Of a stretch of 25,540 bases of DNA, positions 1 to 7,285 are shown one piece after another; position 1 is the stretch's first letter; every line of letters begins with the position of its first letter. The position numbers and the translations under genes are program-made. The stretch is from a virus. Its lineage: Duplodnaviria; Caudoviricetes. The notes beneath the pieces are model-generated. The model was not told where the DNA came from. It searched no databases and saw nothing but the letters and a program-made list of their open reading frames with translations. The stretch covers positions 1 to 25,540 of the IMG/VR virus record IMGVR_UViG_3300020462_000042; one strand, 5' to 3'.

Positions 1-108
1 AATGTTTTTATATTGTGGTGGATTTTCTTTTAGTCGTTTTTCTCTTGCGAGTGCAAGTCTTTCAATCGCAGCCTGTCGTTGTTCTTCAGACATTTTTCGT
101 TTAGCCAT
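1..108 (-). CDS. Hypothetical phage protein, N-terminal part (runs off the window)
   Basis: ATG at 108 with GAGG RBS at 113-116; reads MAKRKMSEEQRQAAIERLALAREKRLKENPPQYKNI, open to the window edge. Confidence 0.7.
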   Translation of the reverse strand, partial: MAKRKMSEEQRQAAIERLALAREKRLKENPPQYKNI

Positions 109-134
109 TATACCTCACTAGTTAAATTAATATA

Positions 135-172
135 TGGTAGTTAATGTTTACAGAGGCAACTACCAATCCTCT
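135..172 (-). ncRNA. Candidate H-type pseudoknot in a 5' leader
   Basis: Minus strand reads AGAGG-AU-UGGUAGUU-G-CCUCU-GUAAACAUU-AACUACCA; stem 1 AGAGG/CCUCU, stem 2 UGGUAGUU/AACUACCA. Confidence 0.5.
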
Positions 173-237
173 TGCATTTTGGTTCTTTTTTTTTAATGTG
201 TTTAAGAACTGAGGGCACCCCCAAGACAATCCACACT

Positions 238-271
238 ATTATAATAACACATATTTTTTAAAAGTCAACCC
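238..271 (-). promoter_or_regulatory. Sigma70-type promoter (GGGTTGAC family)
   Basis: gggTTGACT-N16 (ending TGt)-TATTATAAT; same layout at 21170-21203 and 23788-23818. Confidence 0.6.
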
Positions 272-948
272 TTTGACAATTTTTTCAATCTTAACTGATT
301 ATCAATCCATTGTTTTGCAATATAATTATTGACCTTTTTGGTTGCAAGTTTTCTAATTGACTTAAATACTCTATTGAATACATTTTCTTTTGCATTGTTA
401 TTATCTACAACAACAAAGTTTTTAGTACCAAATAAATTTTGAAACTTACCTATGTTTGATTGCACATTGTTCCAATATGTTTTAACAATATCTAACGGTA
501 GTTTTCTATCTCTTTTATTATTTCTTTCTATTGCAGTATCTAATGAAGTATTAACAAAAATCATATAAGTATCATAACCCATTTGTTGTAATAATCTTTT
601 TTGTGTTTCTATTTTACCATATTCTGCACCAGTACCATCTACAATCATACCAAGTCTACCAGCAACAAAATTCTTTTGCATTTTAGATGTAACTTCTTTT
701 GCTCTTTTTCGTATGACATCTCTCTCAAGAGATTTCTCTGGACTCATATCCCTAAAGTCTAAATCAAAGTCTGCATCTTTAAGTAGTTTTTCAAATGCAG
801 TATCAGAGTTTACAACTTTCAGACCGAGCCCACCAGTGGTCTTTCTTACTACAAAAGATTTACCACTACCAGGCCCGCCTGCTAGAAAAAATGCTTTGAA
901 TATATTAGGGTCATATACACCCTCTTGTAGTTGGTCAAATGTCTTCAC
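265..948 (-). CDS. P-loop kinase (zeta-toxin/AAA_33-like), possibly virion-packaged
   Basis: Walker A GGPGSGKS, VVNSD, Walker-B-like MIVDGT, lid motif ERNNKRDR; GTG start overlapping the upstream stop. Confidence 0.75.
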   Translation of the reverse strand: MKTFDQLQEGVYDPNIFKAFFLAGGPGSGKSFVVRKTTGGLGLKVVNSDTAFEKLLKDADFDLDFRDMSPEKSLERDVIRKRAKEVTSKMQKNFVAGRLGMIVDGTGAEYGKIETQKRLLQQMGYDTYMIFVNTSLDTAIERNNKRDRKLPLDIVKTYWNNVQSNIGKFQNLFGTKNFVVVDNNNAKENVFNRVFKSIRKLATKKVNNYIAKQWIDNQLRLKKLSKG

Positions 949-1094
949 GCTGTTCTTCTTCCTAAAAACTTTCTCGTTCTTGCGAGGTAGAGTTTACTCA
1001 CCTCTGTTGTTAAGTCATTCACTTCATTATTTAGGTATCGTTCTTGTTTTTGAAAATTTAGTGTTCTTAACTTACGAGTTTGTTTATTAGTCAT
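945..1094 (-). CDS. Small basic hypothetical protein (49 aa), not in the ORF track
   Basis: MTNKQTRKLRTLNFQKQERYLNNEVNDLTTEVSKLYLARTRKFLGRRTA; AAGGAAG RBS; GTGA stop/start overlap with the kinase. Confidence 0.6.
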   Translation of the reverse strand: MTNKQTRKLRTLNFQKQERYLNNEVNDLTTEVSKLYLARTRKFLGRRTA

Positions 1095-1104
1095 TTTACT
1101 TCCT

Positions 1105-2514
1105 TTAAATTAACCTCTTTGGGTTAGGTGGTAGATTACTTGAGTAAGGTTTAGTCACACTATCTTTAATAACTGTCGCTTGTATCGTGTGTTTTTTTGG
1201 ATTACCAAAATCAAAAGTGTGTCTTAACCTTGTTATGATATATCTACCAGTTAATCTTTCATCATATAAATCTTCATCTTCATTGTCAACATCAGTTTTT
1301 GCTTTATATACATTCAATCTTATTACATCTGAAACTTGTATTGATAAATTACCTACCATATCAATAGTCATACCCATTCTATCTAAAAATGACATCTTAT
1401 GATTTCTAGTTAATAAATGGTCACTTATTGAAGATTCTTCAAATGGATATATTGTATTGGGATAAGGATTAATATTGTGAACTGAACCTTTAGGAGTATT
1501 AAATCCAGATGTGGATTGTAAAGTTAAATATGAATCGTGAAAATCTTCTACTGTTTTTCCATCTTCATCAACTGAACTTGATATCGGAAATATTGGGTGT
1601 CCAGTTTCACCGATACTAGTTTCTATGTCATTTTTTTTGGAAAACGCATCAGAGTATCTAAACTTTAAATCGTGGTAGGTTTTATTGTATATGTCGTGTA
1701 ATAACATTCTTGAAGAATACATTCCATTCAGTGTGTTTAATAGTACACTATTACTTATTAAGTTATCGTTTTCTACTTGTCCTAATTGTCTGACAATATT
1801 TGCCTCTAATTGAGATGATTTAGATGGTTTGTTATCATAAGTATCTGATGCACCTAAAGTAAATGTTGTTTTAGTGTTTTGTCTATTAATCATATCAAAA
1901 GATAAAAAATGTAAACCTTTTGTTGTTTCAAAAAACACAAATGGTGAGTCTTTTTTTGTCTTAGCTCTTTGTGCAATCATCTGAATTGCAGTTAAAGGTC
2001 GCAAATTAGGTATAACAATTCTTTCTAAACCAACACTATCATCAGTTAAAAATCTTTTATCACTACCTAAAAATTGTTTTTCTTTTACTAATCTACGGAC
2101 TATCTCTGACATATTACCAGAGAAACTTTGAGAAATTCTAGTTCTAGAATTTTTCATATATTCTCTAGATGCAAGAGTCAAAGAAACAAATCTACCTTGT
2201 CCTTCATTTCTTTGTGATACTGATGTAACTATTAATGGGTCTTTTGTGAAATCTAATGAAACATCTTCAGAAGAAGGAGTGATTAATTTTAAATAACAAT
2301 ACTCATTACCTACAATACCATTTTGTAAAACTAAATCATTTGTGTCTAAGAAAGATATATTTGCAGTTAAAAAACCTTGCATTATATCTTCATATACACT
2401 TACAATACTTAACACACCATCAAGGTCTAATGGTACTGAATTTCCGTGATGAGTTATTATCTTACACTCTTCAACCTCAAATGAACCACTATAATTATAA
2501 TTGTCTTGTGCCAT
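1105..2514 (-). CDS. Baseplate hub protein (gp27/GpD-like)
   Basis: Follows gp53; motifs SVYEDI, SRTRISQSF, IPNLRP, FVFFET, GRYIITRLRHTF typical of T4-like hub proteins. Confidence 0.6.
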   Translation of the reverse strand: MAQDNYNYSGSFEVEECKIITHHGNSVPLDLDGVLSIVSVYEDIMQGFLTANISFLDTNDLVLQNGIVGNEYCYLKLITPSSEDVSLDFTKDPLIVTSVSQRNEGQGRFVSLTLASREYMKNSRTRISQSFSGNMSEIVRRLVKEKQFLGSDKRFLTDDSVGLERIVIPNLRPLTAIQMIAQRAKTKKDSPFVFFETTKGLHFLSFDMINRQNTKTTFTLGASDTYDNKPSKSSQLEANIVRQLGQVENDNLISNSVLLNTLNGMYSSRMLLHDIYNKTYHDLKFRYSDAFSKKNDIETSIGETGHPIFPISSSVDEDGKTVEDFHDSYLTLQSTSGFNTPKGSVHNINPYPNTIYPFEESSISDHLLTRNHKMSFLDRMGMTIDMVGNLSIQVSDVIRLNVYKAKTDVDNEDEDLYDERLTGRYIITRLRHTFDFGNPKKHTIQATVIKDSVTKPYSSNLPPNPKRLI

Positions 2515-3047
2515 TATGCATCACTTTGTAATAAGTTTCTTAATTCTTTCCTAATTTGATTAACAAATTCTTTTCTAACTAATCTTATTTTACTATATTC
2601 GGTCTGTAAATTTTCTTCATACTCTCTATTTGTTACCTCACTCACAGTGTCACCACTATGACCAGTAGAATCTAAACCTATGTTTATTTTTATGTCTGTA
2701 TCACCAGACTTTTGACTAATTTCATAATGATGAGTTCCAAGTGGATTTGTATATTTGTCTTTTATGTATTCTTCAAAACCTCTAACACTCATAGGCCATT
2801 GATGGTATCTATCAACTATATTATTTGCATATAATACTAACCAATGCAATTCTGCACTACCATAAAAATCAAATGCAACATCCTCTGGTTTTTCGCCTGG
2901 TTTAACTTGATAAAAATCATATAATAAAATATTATCTTTTACTAAATCATTTATCTTAACTCTTCTTAATATATGTGTAAACAGTTTTGGATTGTCATCA
3001 CCAACTACATCATAAACTAATGTTTCAAAGTTCTGAAAGTATGCCAT
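2514..3047 (-). CDS. gp53: Baseplate wedge subunit gp53
   Basis: LysM-like GEKPEDVAFDFYGSAELHWLVLYANNI, QWP, HHYE and VTNREYE motifs. Confidence 0.85.
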   Translation of the reverse strand: MAYFQNFETLVYDVVGDDNPKLFTHILRRVKINDLVKDNILLYDFYQVKPGEKPEDVAFDFYGSAELHWLVLYANNIVDRYHQWPMSVRGFEEYIKDKYTNPLGTHHYEISQKSGDTDIKINIGLDSTGHSGDTVSEVTNREYEENLQTEYSKIRLVRKEFVNQIRKELRNLLQSDA

Positions 3048-4282
3048 TAAAAACCCCTTGCGAGTACATTATTCTGTGTTACTATTTCTAGTTCTTTAAA
3101 TTGAAGTGTCATTTCTGTTTGCACTGGTGGAGCTTTCATACCGTCTGGTGCTCCTGCCTCTGCCATAGATGGGTCAAATGTTTGATATCTATCACCACCG
3201 TATTTTACATTCATATTTTCTAATACACAAGTTGATATTTTATTAATGTATTCATTTTCTTTACCATCACTCATCATATATTTAATATCAAACACATCTG
3301 GTGTAATAAATGTTCTTGATGTAGTTACATCACCAGCAATTTCTGGTAACATATGAAATTTAAATCTTCTTATAATATTATAAACTGCTTTTGCTTCTTG
3401 ATAACTTTTTGGTAAAAATTTAAAATTAAATGAAAAACTTCTTTTTTGTAATCCAGAAAATATTAATTCTAATCTATTGTTAACTGCTTTACCAGACCTA
3501 CCAAATAATATCGCTTTAAAACCAGGCGCAAGTGTGTCTATTGTTCCAATCGCAGCTTTTTCAATTAAATTATTATCTTCAAAAACTTCCTTAAATGTTT
3601 CACCAATTTTTTCGGCAGTATCACCTTTTGTGGTAATAAACCTATCAACTGCACCAGCAGCAGTTTTTGCACCAAGTCCTATTTGTTCATCAGTATATTG
3701 TGGTGCATATGTAACCTCAACAGTTGGTGGCATAAATAATTTAATTAAACTTTGTAATCTACTTGTGGGTGCTCTTGCAAATGTTTGGTTTCTAATTCTT
3801 GCACCTTGTTTTTGAACTCTTTTGACTTCTGCTGAACCACTAATAAATGGATTAAGACCTAACTCTTGTGCAGCTCTACTTGAATTTCCTTCTGAGAGTG
3901 TAGACTGTGCTTTTTGTGATAATGCTGGAACTAAAGTAAACACAGAACCATTTTTACTTACAACAACATCTCTTGCAACAGCAGAATTATTTATTAGTGA
4001 ACTAATACCAACCACCTCATCAGTCGTTTCTTTAGGTAATTCACCAAATTTAATTGTACCTACATCTTGTTCTAATATCTCAAATTGAATATGATGTCCA
4101 GCTGGTGTCCTACCACCATCATTACCAGCATTTAATGGATATTGTAAAATCTCTTGATTGAATTTACTTTGTCTAGTGTTTTGGTCAAGACTCACTCTTT
4201 GTTTAAATGGGTCTGCACTAAAATCATTTGTCAAGTCCTCAGTTGAGGGTTTTCCCATTGCGATGTCTTTATAATTAACCAT
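3047..4282 (-). CDS. gp48: Baseplate tail-tube cap gp48
   Basis: LQYPL, LFMPP, ELIFSGLQKRSFSFNFKFLPKSYQEA, FKFHMLP, LQFKELE; next to gp53. Confidence 0.85.
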   Translation of the reverse strand: MVNYKDIAMGKPSTEDLTNDFSADPFKQRVSLDQNTRQSKFNQEILQYPLNAGNDGGRTPAGHHIQFEILEQDVGTIKFGELPKETTDEVVGISSLINNSAVARDVVVSKNGSVFTLVPALSQKAQSTLSEGNSSRAAQELGLNPFISGSAEVKRVQKQGARIRNQTFARAPTSRLQSLIKLFMPPTVEVTYAPQYTDEQIGLGAKTAAGAVDRFITTKGDTAEKIGETFKEVFEDNNLIEKAAIGTIDTLAPGFKAILFGRSGKAVNNRLELIFSGLQKRSFSFNFKFLPKSYQEAKAVYNIIRRFKFHMLPEIAGDVTTSRTFITPDVFDIKYMMSDGKENEYINKISTCVLENMNVKYGGDRYQTFDPSMAEAGAPDGMKAPPVQTEMTLQFKELEIVTQNNVLARGF

Positions 4283-4289
4283 ATAAATA
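4282..4289 (+). promoter_or_regulatory. T4-type late promoter TATAAATA (gp4)
   Basis: Exact TATAAATA ending 5 nt before the gp4 ATG. Confidence 0.65.
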
Positions 4290-4294
4290 TTCCT

Positions 4295-4747
4295 ATGAGT
4301 TACAGTGGTCGTTATAATCCCTCTAATGTAAAAAAGTATAAAGGTAATCCTACTACTATTTATTACAGAAGTTTGTGGGAGCGCAAATTTATGGTATATT
4401 GTGATAAAAATCCTAGAGTATTAGAGTGGGGGTCAGAAGAAATAATAATACCTTATCGTCTACCCACAGACGGTAAAATTCACCGATATTTTACAGATTT
4501 CTATGTAAAAGTGAAGAGAGCAGATGGTAAAATAAGAAAAATGATTATAGAAGTCAAACCTAAAAAATATACTGTTGAACCTAAAATACCTAAAAGAAAA
4601 ACTAAATCATTTGTAAGAGAAGTTTACGAGTGGGGAAAGAATACTGCAAAGTGGAAAGCTGCAAGAGAATATTGTAGAGATAGAAATATGGATTTTGTAA
4701 TATTGACTGAAGACCACCTCAATCCCACTTATAAATATAATAAATGA
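4295..4747 (+). CDS. gp4: Head completion nuclease gp4
   Basis: KYKGNP, YRSLWERKFMVYCD, WGSEE, HRYFTDF, IEVKP, N-AKWKAA (TnsA-like endonuclease fold). Confidence 0.92.
   Translation: MSYSGRYNPSNVKKYKGNPTTIYYRSLWERKFMVYCDKNPRVLEWGSEEIIIPYRLPTDGKIHRYFTDFYVKVKRADGKIRKMIIEVKPKKYTVEPKIPKRKTKSFVREVYEWGKNTAKWKAAREYCRDRNMDFVILTEDHLNPTYKYNK
4730..4737 (+). promoter_or_regulatory. T4-type late promoter TATAAATA (gp2)
   Basis: Exact TATAAATA ending 6 nt before the gp2 ATG. Confidence 0.6.
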
Positions 4748-5253
4748 GTATATTTGACGAAATATCAAAGTTAAGGAAAAGTGGTAAAGAACCATATCAA
4801 TGGTATCGTAATCGCATAAAAGAACTTGGTACACCATCTCAAGCACAACTTATAAGAGATGGAAAGATAACTGGTAGGGTTAGTTTTGGTGCATTAAATA
4901 TGTTTATATACGACCCTAAATTGAAAAACAAATTACCATATTATGATACATTTCCATTGGTATTACCTTTAGAAAGATATAGAGATGGATTTTTAGGAAT
5001 TAATTTTCATTACTTACCATATGCACTTAGAGCTAGATTATTAAGTCGTTTAGACCCAGATGCAAATTATAGTGCATTAAAAAATGTAAGACTTGTAAAA
5101 CCTACTTTGAAAAGATACTTAAATAGTAATGTTAGAAGTAGATTTAGAAAATTAGAAGAAGAAGATTTTATGACTGCAATTATGTTACCAGTACAAAGAT
5201 TTAAAAAATCATCTGCGAGTAAAGTGTGGTCAGATAGTAGGAAAGTAATCTAA
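4744..5253 (+). CDS. gp2: DNA end protector gp2
   Basis: YDPKLKNKLPYYDTFPLV, GFLGINFHYLP and VWSDSR motifs. Confidence 0.92.
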   Translation: MSIFDEISKLRKSGKEPYQWYRNRIKELGTPSQAQLIRDGKITGRVSFGALNMFIYDPKLKNKLPYYDTFPLVLPLERYRDGFLGINFHYLPYALRARLLSRLDPDANYSALKNVRLVKPTLKRYLNSNVRSRFRKLEEEDFMTAIMLPVQRFKKSSASKVWSDSRKVI

Positions 5254-6047
5254 TGGTATTTTCATTAAGAGATTTTAAAAGTTCTTTATATGGTAGAGAA
5301 CAAGCACAACAAAACAGATTTGAGATATTTTTAAAGTGTAAATTATTTACTGGTGAAAGTAATCGTTATGTTAGTTTAAGAGCAGAAAATTTACAGTTTC
5401 CAGGCAGGACAATTCGTTCTGCACCAGACGATAATATATACGGCCCACCAAGAGAACTACCTCAAGGTGTTGGTCAGTATGCATCATTACAAGCAACATT
5501 TTTATGTAATGCAGATATGTCTGAAAAAAGATTCTTTGAGATGTGGATGAAAAACATCTATAATCCATTAAATCATAATTTAAACTATTATAATAATTAC
5601 ATAGGTGAGTTAGACATTTTTCAAATGGGTAAAGGTAGTAACACAGTTATACCATTTAATTTTTTTGCATTTACTGGTGCGAAAGAAGAAAAGACAAGTT
5701 ATGGTGTTTCAGTAAAAGAAGTTTGGCCTAAATCTATTGCACCTCAAGATTTAAACCAAGCATCTACTGAGTTACAAAGAGTAACAGTTGAACTCGCATA
5801 CAGAGAATGGCATACTATCAAAGAAGAAGGTGTTGACGATAGTCTTGCAGATAAGAGTTTAAGGTTGAGGGGGTCAGATATATATATTGGGGATGATTCC
5901 AGATACAGTATCATAAGTCCTAAAGGTGTTCTTTATGATATTCTTGGTAAGTCTGGTGCATCACCAACTGCGATTGCAACCGCTGGTTCGGCTGCAGATA
6001 TAATCACTGGTGGTGTTGGTAACACTATCGGTAAATTTGTTAGATAA
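5253..6047 (+). CDS. Tail tube initiator / tube-like protein (gp54/gp19 family)
   Basis: NRFEI, FPGRTI, FFEMWM, EVWPKSI, VTVELAYREW; between gp2 and gp26. Confidence 0.7.
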   Translation: MVFSLRDFKSSLYGREQAQQNRFEIFLKCKLFTGESNRYVSLRAENLQFPGRTIRSAPDDNIYGPPRELPQGVGQYASLQATFLCNADMSEKRFFEMWMKNIYNPLNHNLNYYNNYIGELDIFQMGKGSNTVIPFNFFAFTGAKEEKTSYGVSVKEVWPKSIAPQDLNQASTELQRVTVELAYREWHTIKEEGVDDSLADKSLRLRGSDIYIGDDSRYSIISPKGVLYDILGKSGASPTAIATAGSAADIITGGVGNTIGKFVR

Positions 6048-6058
6048 AGGAGTACATT

Positions 6059-6769
6059 ATGGCTTTGCCTAAATTTGAAGTGTCAACTTATGACATAAAA
6101 CTACCAATTTCTCAACTTGATATTAAGTACAGACCATACTTAGTAAAAGAAGAAAAGAATCTTATGATTGCAAATGAAACTGGTGAACAGAAAGATGTAA
6201 TAAATGCAGTCAAAAATCTCATAGAGAATTGCACTAATAATACTATAAAAAGTGGTGTAATACCTATGGCAGATTTAGAATATTTATTTGTAAATATTCG
6301 TGCAAAATCATCTGGTGAAACTACTAAAGTTTCAATTAAATGTCCAGATGAAGAAAACACATATGTGACAAAAGAAATTAATCTTACTGATTTGACGGTT
6401 GATAAACCATTACCAGATAGTAATTTAGTTAGATTAGATGATAAAATTGCAATAGAATTTAGATATCCTTCTATTGATGATTTATCACATTTAAAAGATT
6501 TTAAAAATCCTACTATGGATGATTTATTTAAAATTATTATTAATTGTGTTCATAGAATTATAGACGGTGAAAAGGTTTACGAAAAAACAGACTTTAATGA
6601 AAAAGAATCTAAAGAATTTGTTGAAAGTTTGTCGTCAAACCAATTTAATAAAGTAAGAACATTCTTTGACAATATACCTAAATTGTATAAAGATGTAGAA
6701 GTTAATAATCCAAACACAAATGTTTCATCAAAAGTTAGACTGGAGGGTTTGAATAGTTTTTTTACATAG
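6059..6769 (+). CDS. gp26: Baseplate hub assembly chaperone gp26
   Basis: MALPK, YRPYLVKEEK, DLEYLFVNIRAKSSGE, CPD, C-terminal LEGLNSFF. Confidence 0.9.
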   Translation: MALPKFEVSTYDIKLPISQLDIKYRPYLVKEEKNLMIANETGEQKDVINAVKNLIENCTNNTIKSGVIPMADLEYLFVNIRAKSSGETTKVSIKCPDEENTYVTKEINLTDLTVDKPLPDSNLVRLDDKIAIEFRYPSIDDLSHLKDFKNPTMDDLFKIIINCVHRIIDGEKVYEKTDFNEKESKEFVESLSSNQFNKVRTFFDNIPKLYKDVEVNNPNTNVSSKVRLEGLNSFFT

Positions 6770-6954
6770 CTCTTTCTCACGATACTCTTGAGAACCATTT
6801 TAAAACAAACTTTTCGTTTATGCAACATCATAAATATAGTTTGACTGAATTAGAAAATATGGTGCCTTGGGAAAGAGAAATATATGTGGGAATGTTAAAC
6901 GAACATATAAGAGAGGAAAATGAACAACTTAAACGACAACAACAAAATACCTAA
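6757..6954 (+). CDS. gp51: gp51 baseplate assembly module, probably reached by -1 frameshift from gp26 (first ATG at 6820); not in the ORF track
   Basis: -1 frame reads FFYIALSHDTLENHFKTNFSFMQHHKYSLTELENMVPWEREIYVGMLNEHIREENEQLKRQQQNT; QHHKYSLTELENM.PWEREIY is the gp51 signature. Confidence 0.8.
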   Translation, partial: FFYIALSHDTLENHFKTNFSFMQHHKYSLTELENMVPWEREIYVGMLNEHIREENEQLKRQQQNT

Positions 6955-7285
6955 AACAGTTGACCCAGAGTTGGCTAAAAAAGACTTGAATGGTGATGGA
7001 CACATTACTTCAGAAGAATTGGAGATGGATTTGGAATTTAAAAGAAAAGAATTAGAAGATGCAGATGCTCGTAGAGATGCAATGAGAACTATGACTTGGT
7101 TCGCATTATTTGGTATGTTATTTTATCCTAGTGGTATATTAATTACTGCAATGTTAGGACAAGACACAGCTGCAAAATTAATCGCCGATATTGCACCAAC
7201 ATATTTTGTTGCAATTTCAGCACTAGTCGCCGCATATTTCGGTGCAAATGCATATGTAGATAAGAAAACAGAGAAGAAAAAATAA
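6920..7285 (+). CDS. Two-TM membrane protein with an EF-hand-like loop (holin-like)
   Basis: DLNGDGHITSEE loop, two hydrophobic helices, basic C-terminus KKTEKKK. Confidence 0.6.
   Translation: MNNLNDNNKIPKTVDPELAKKDLNGDGHITSEELEMDLEFKRKELEDADARRDAMRTMTWFALFGMLFYPSGILITAMLGQDTAAKLIADIAPTYFVAISALVAAYFGANAYVDKKTEKKK

Noticed and set aside
135-172. preQ1-I riboswitch (shares the AGAGG/CCUCU stem)
   Set aside because: The loop lacks the conserved UUC...C ligand-binding residues and stem 2 is a full 8-bp helix; kept only as an unassigned pseudoknot
265-1094. Epsilon/zeta toxin-antitoxin pair
   Set aside because: The 49-aa upstream ORF is basic with no recognisable antitoxin features, and the context is a late virion operon
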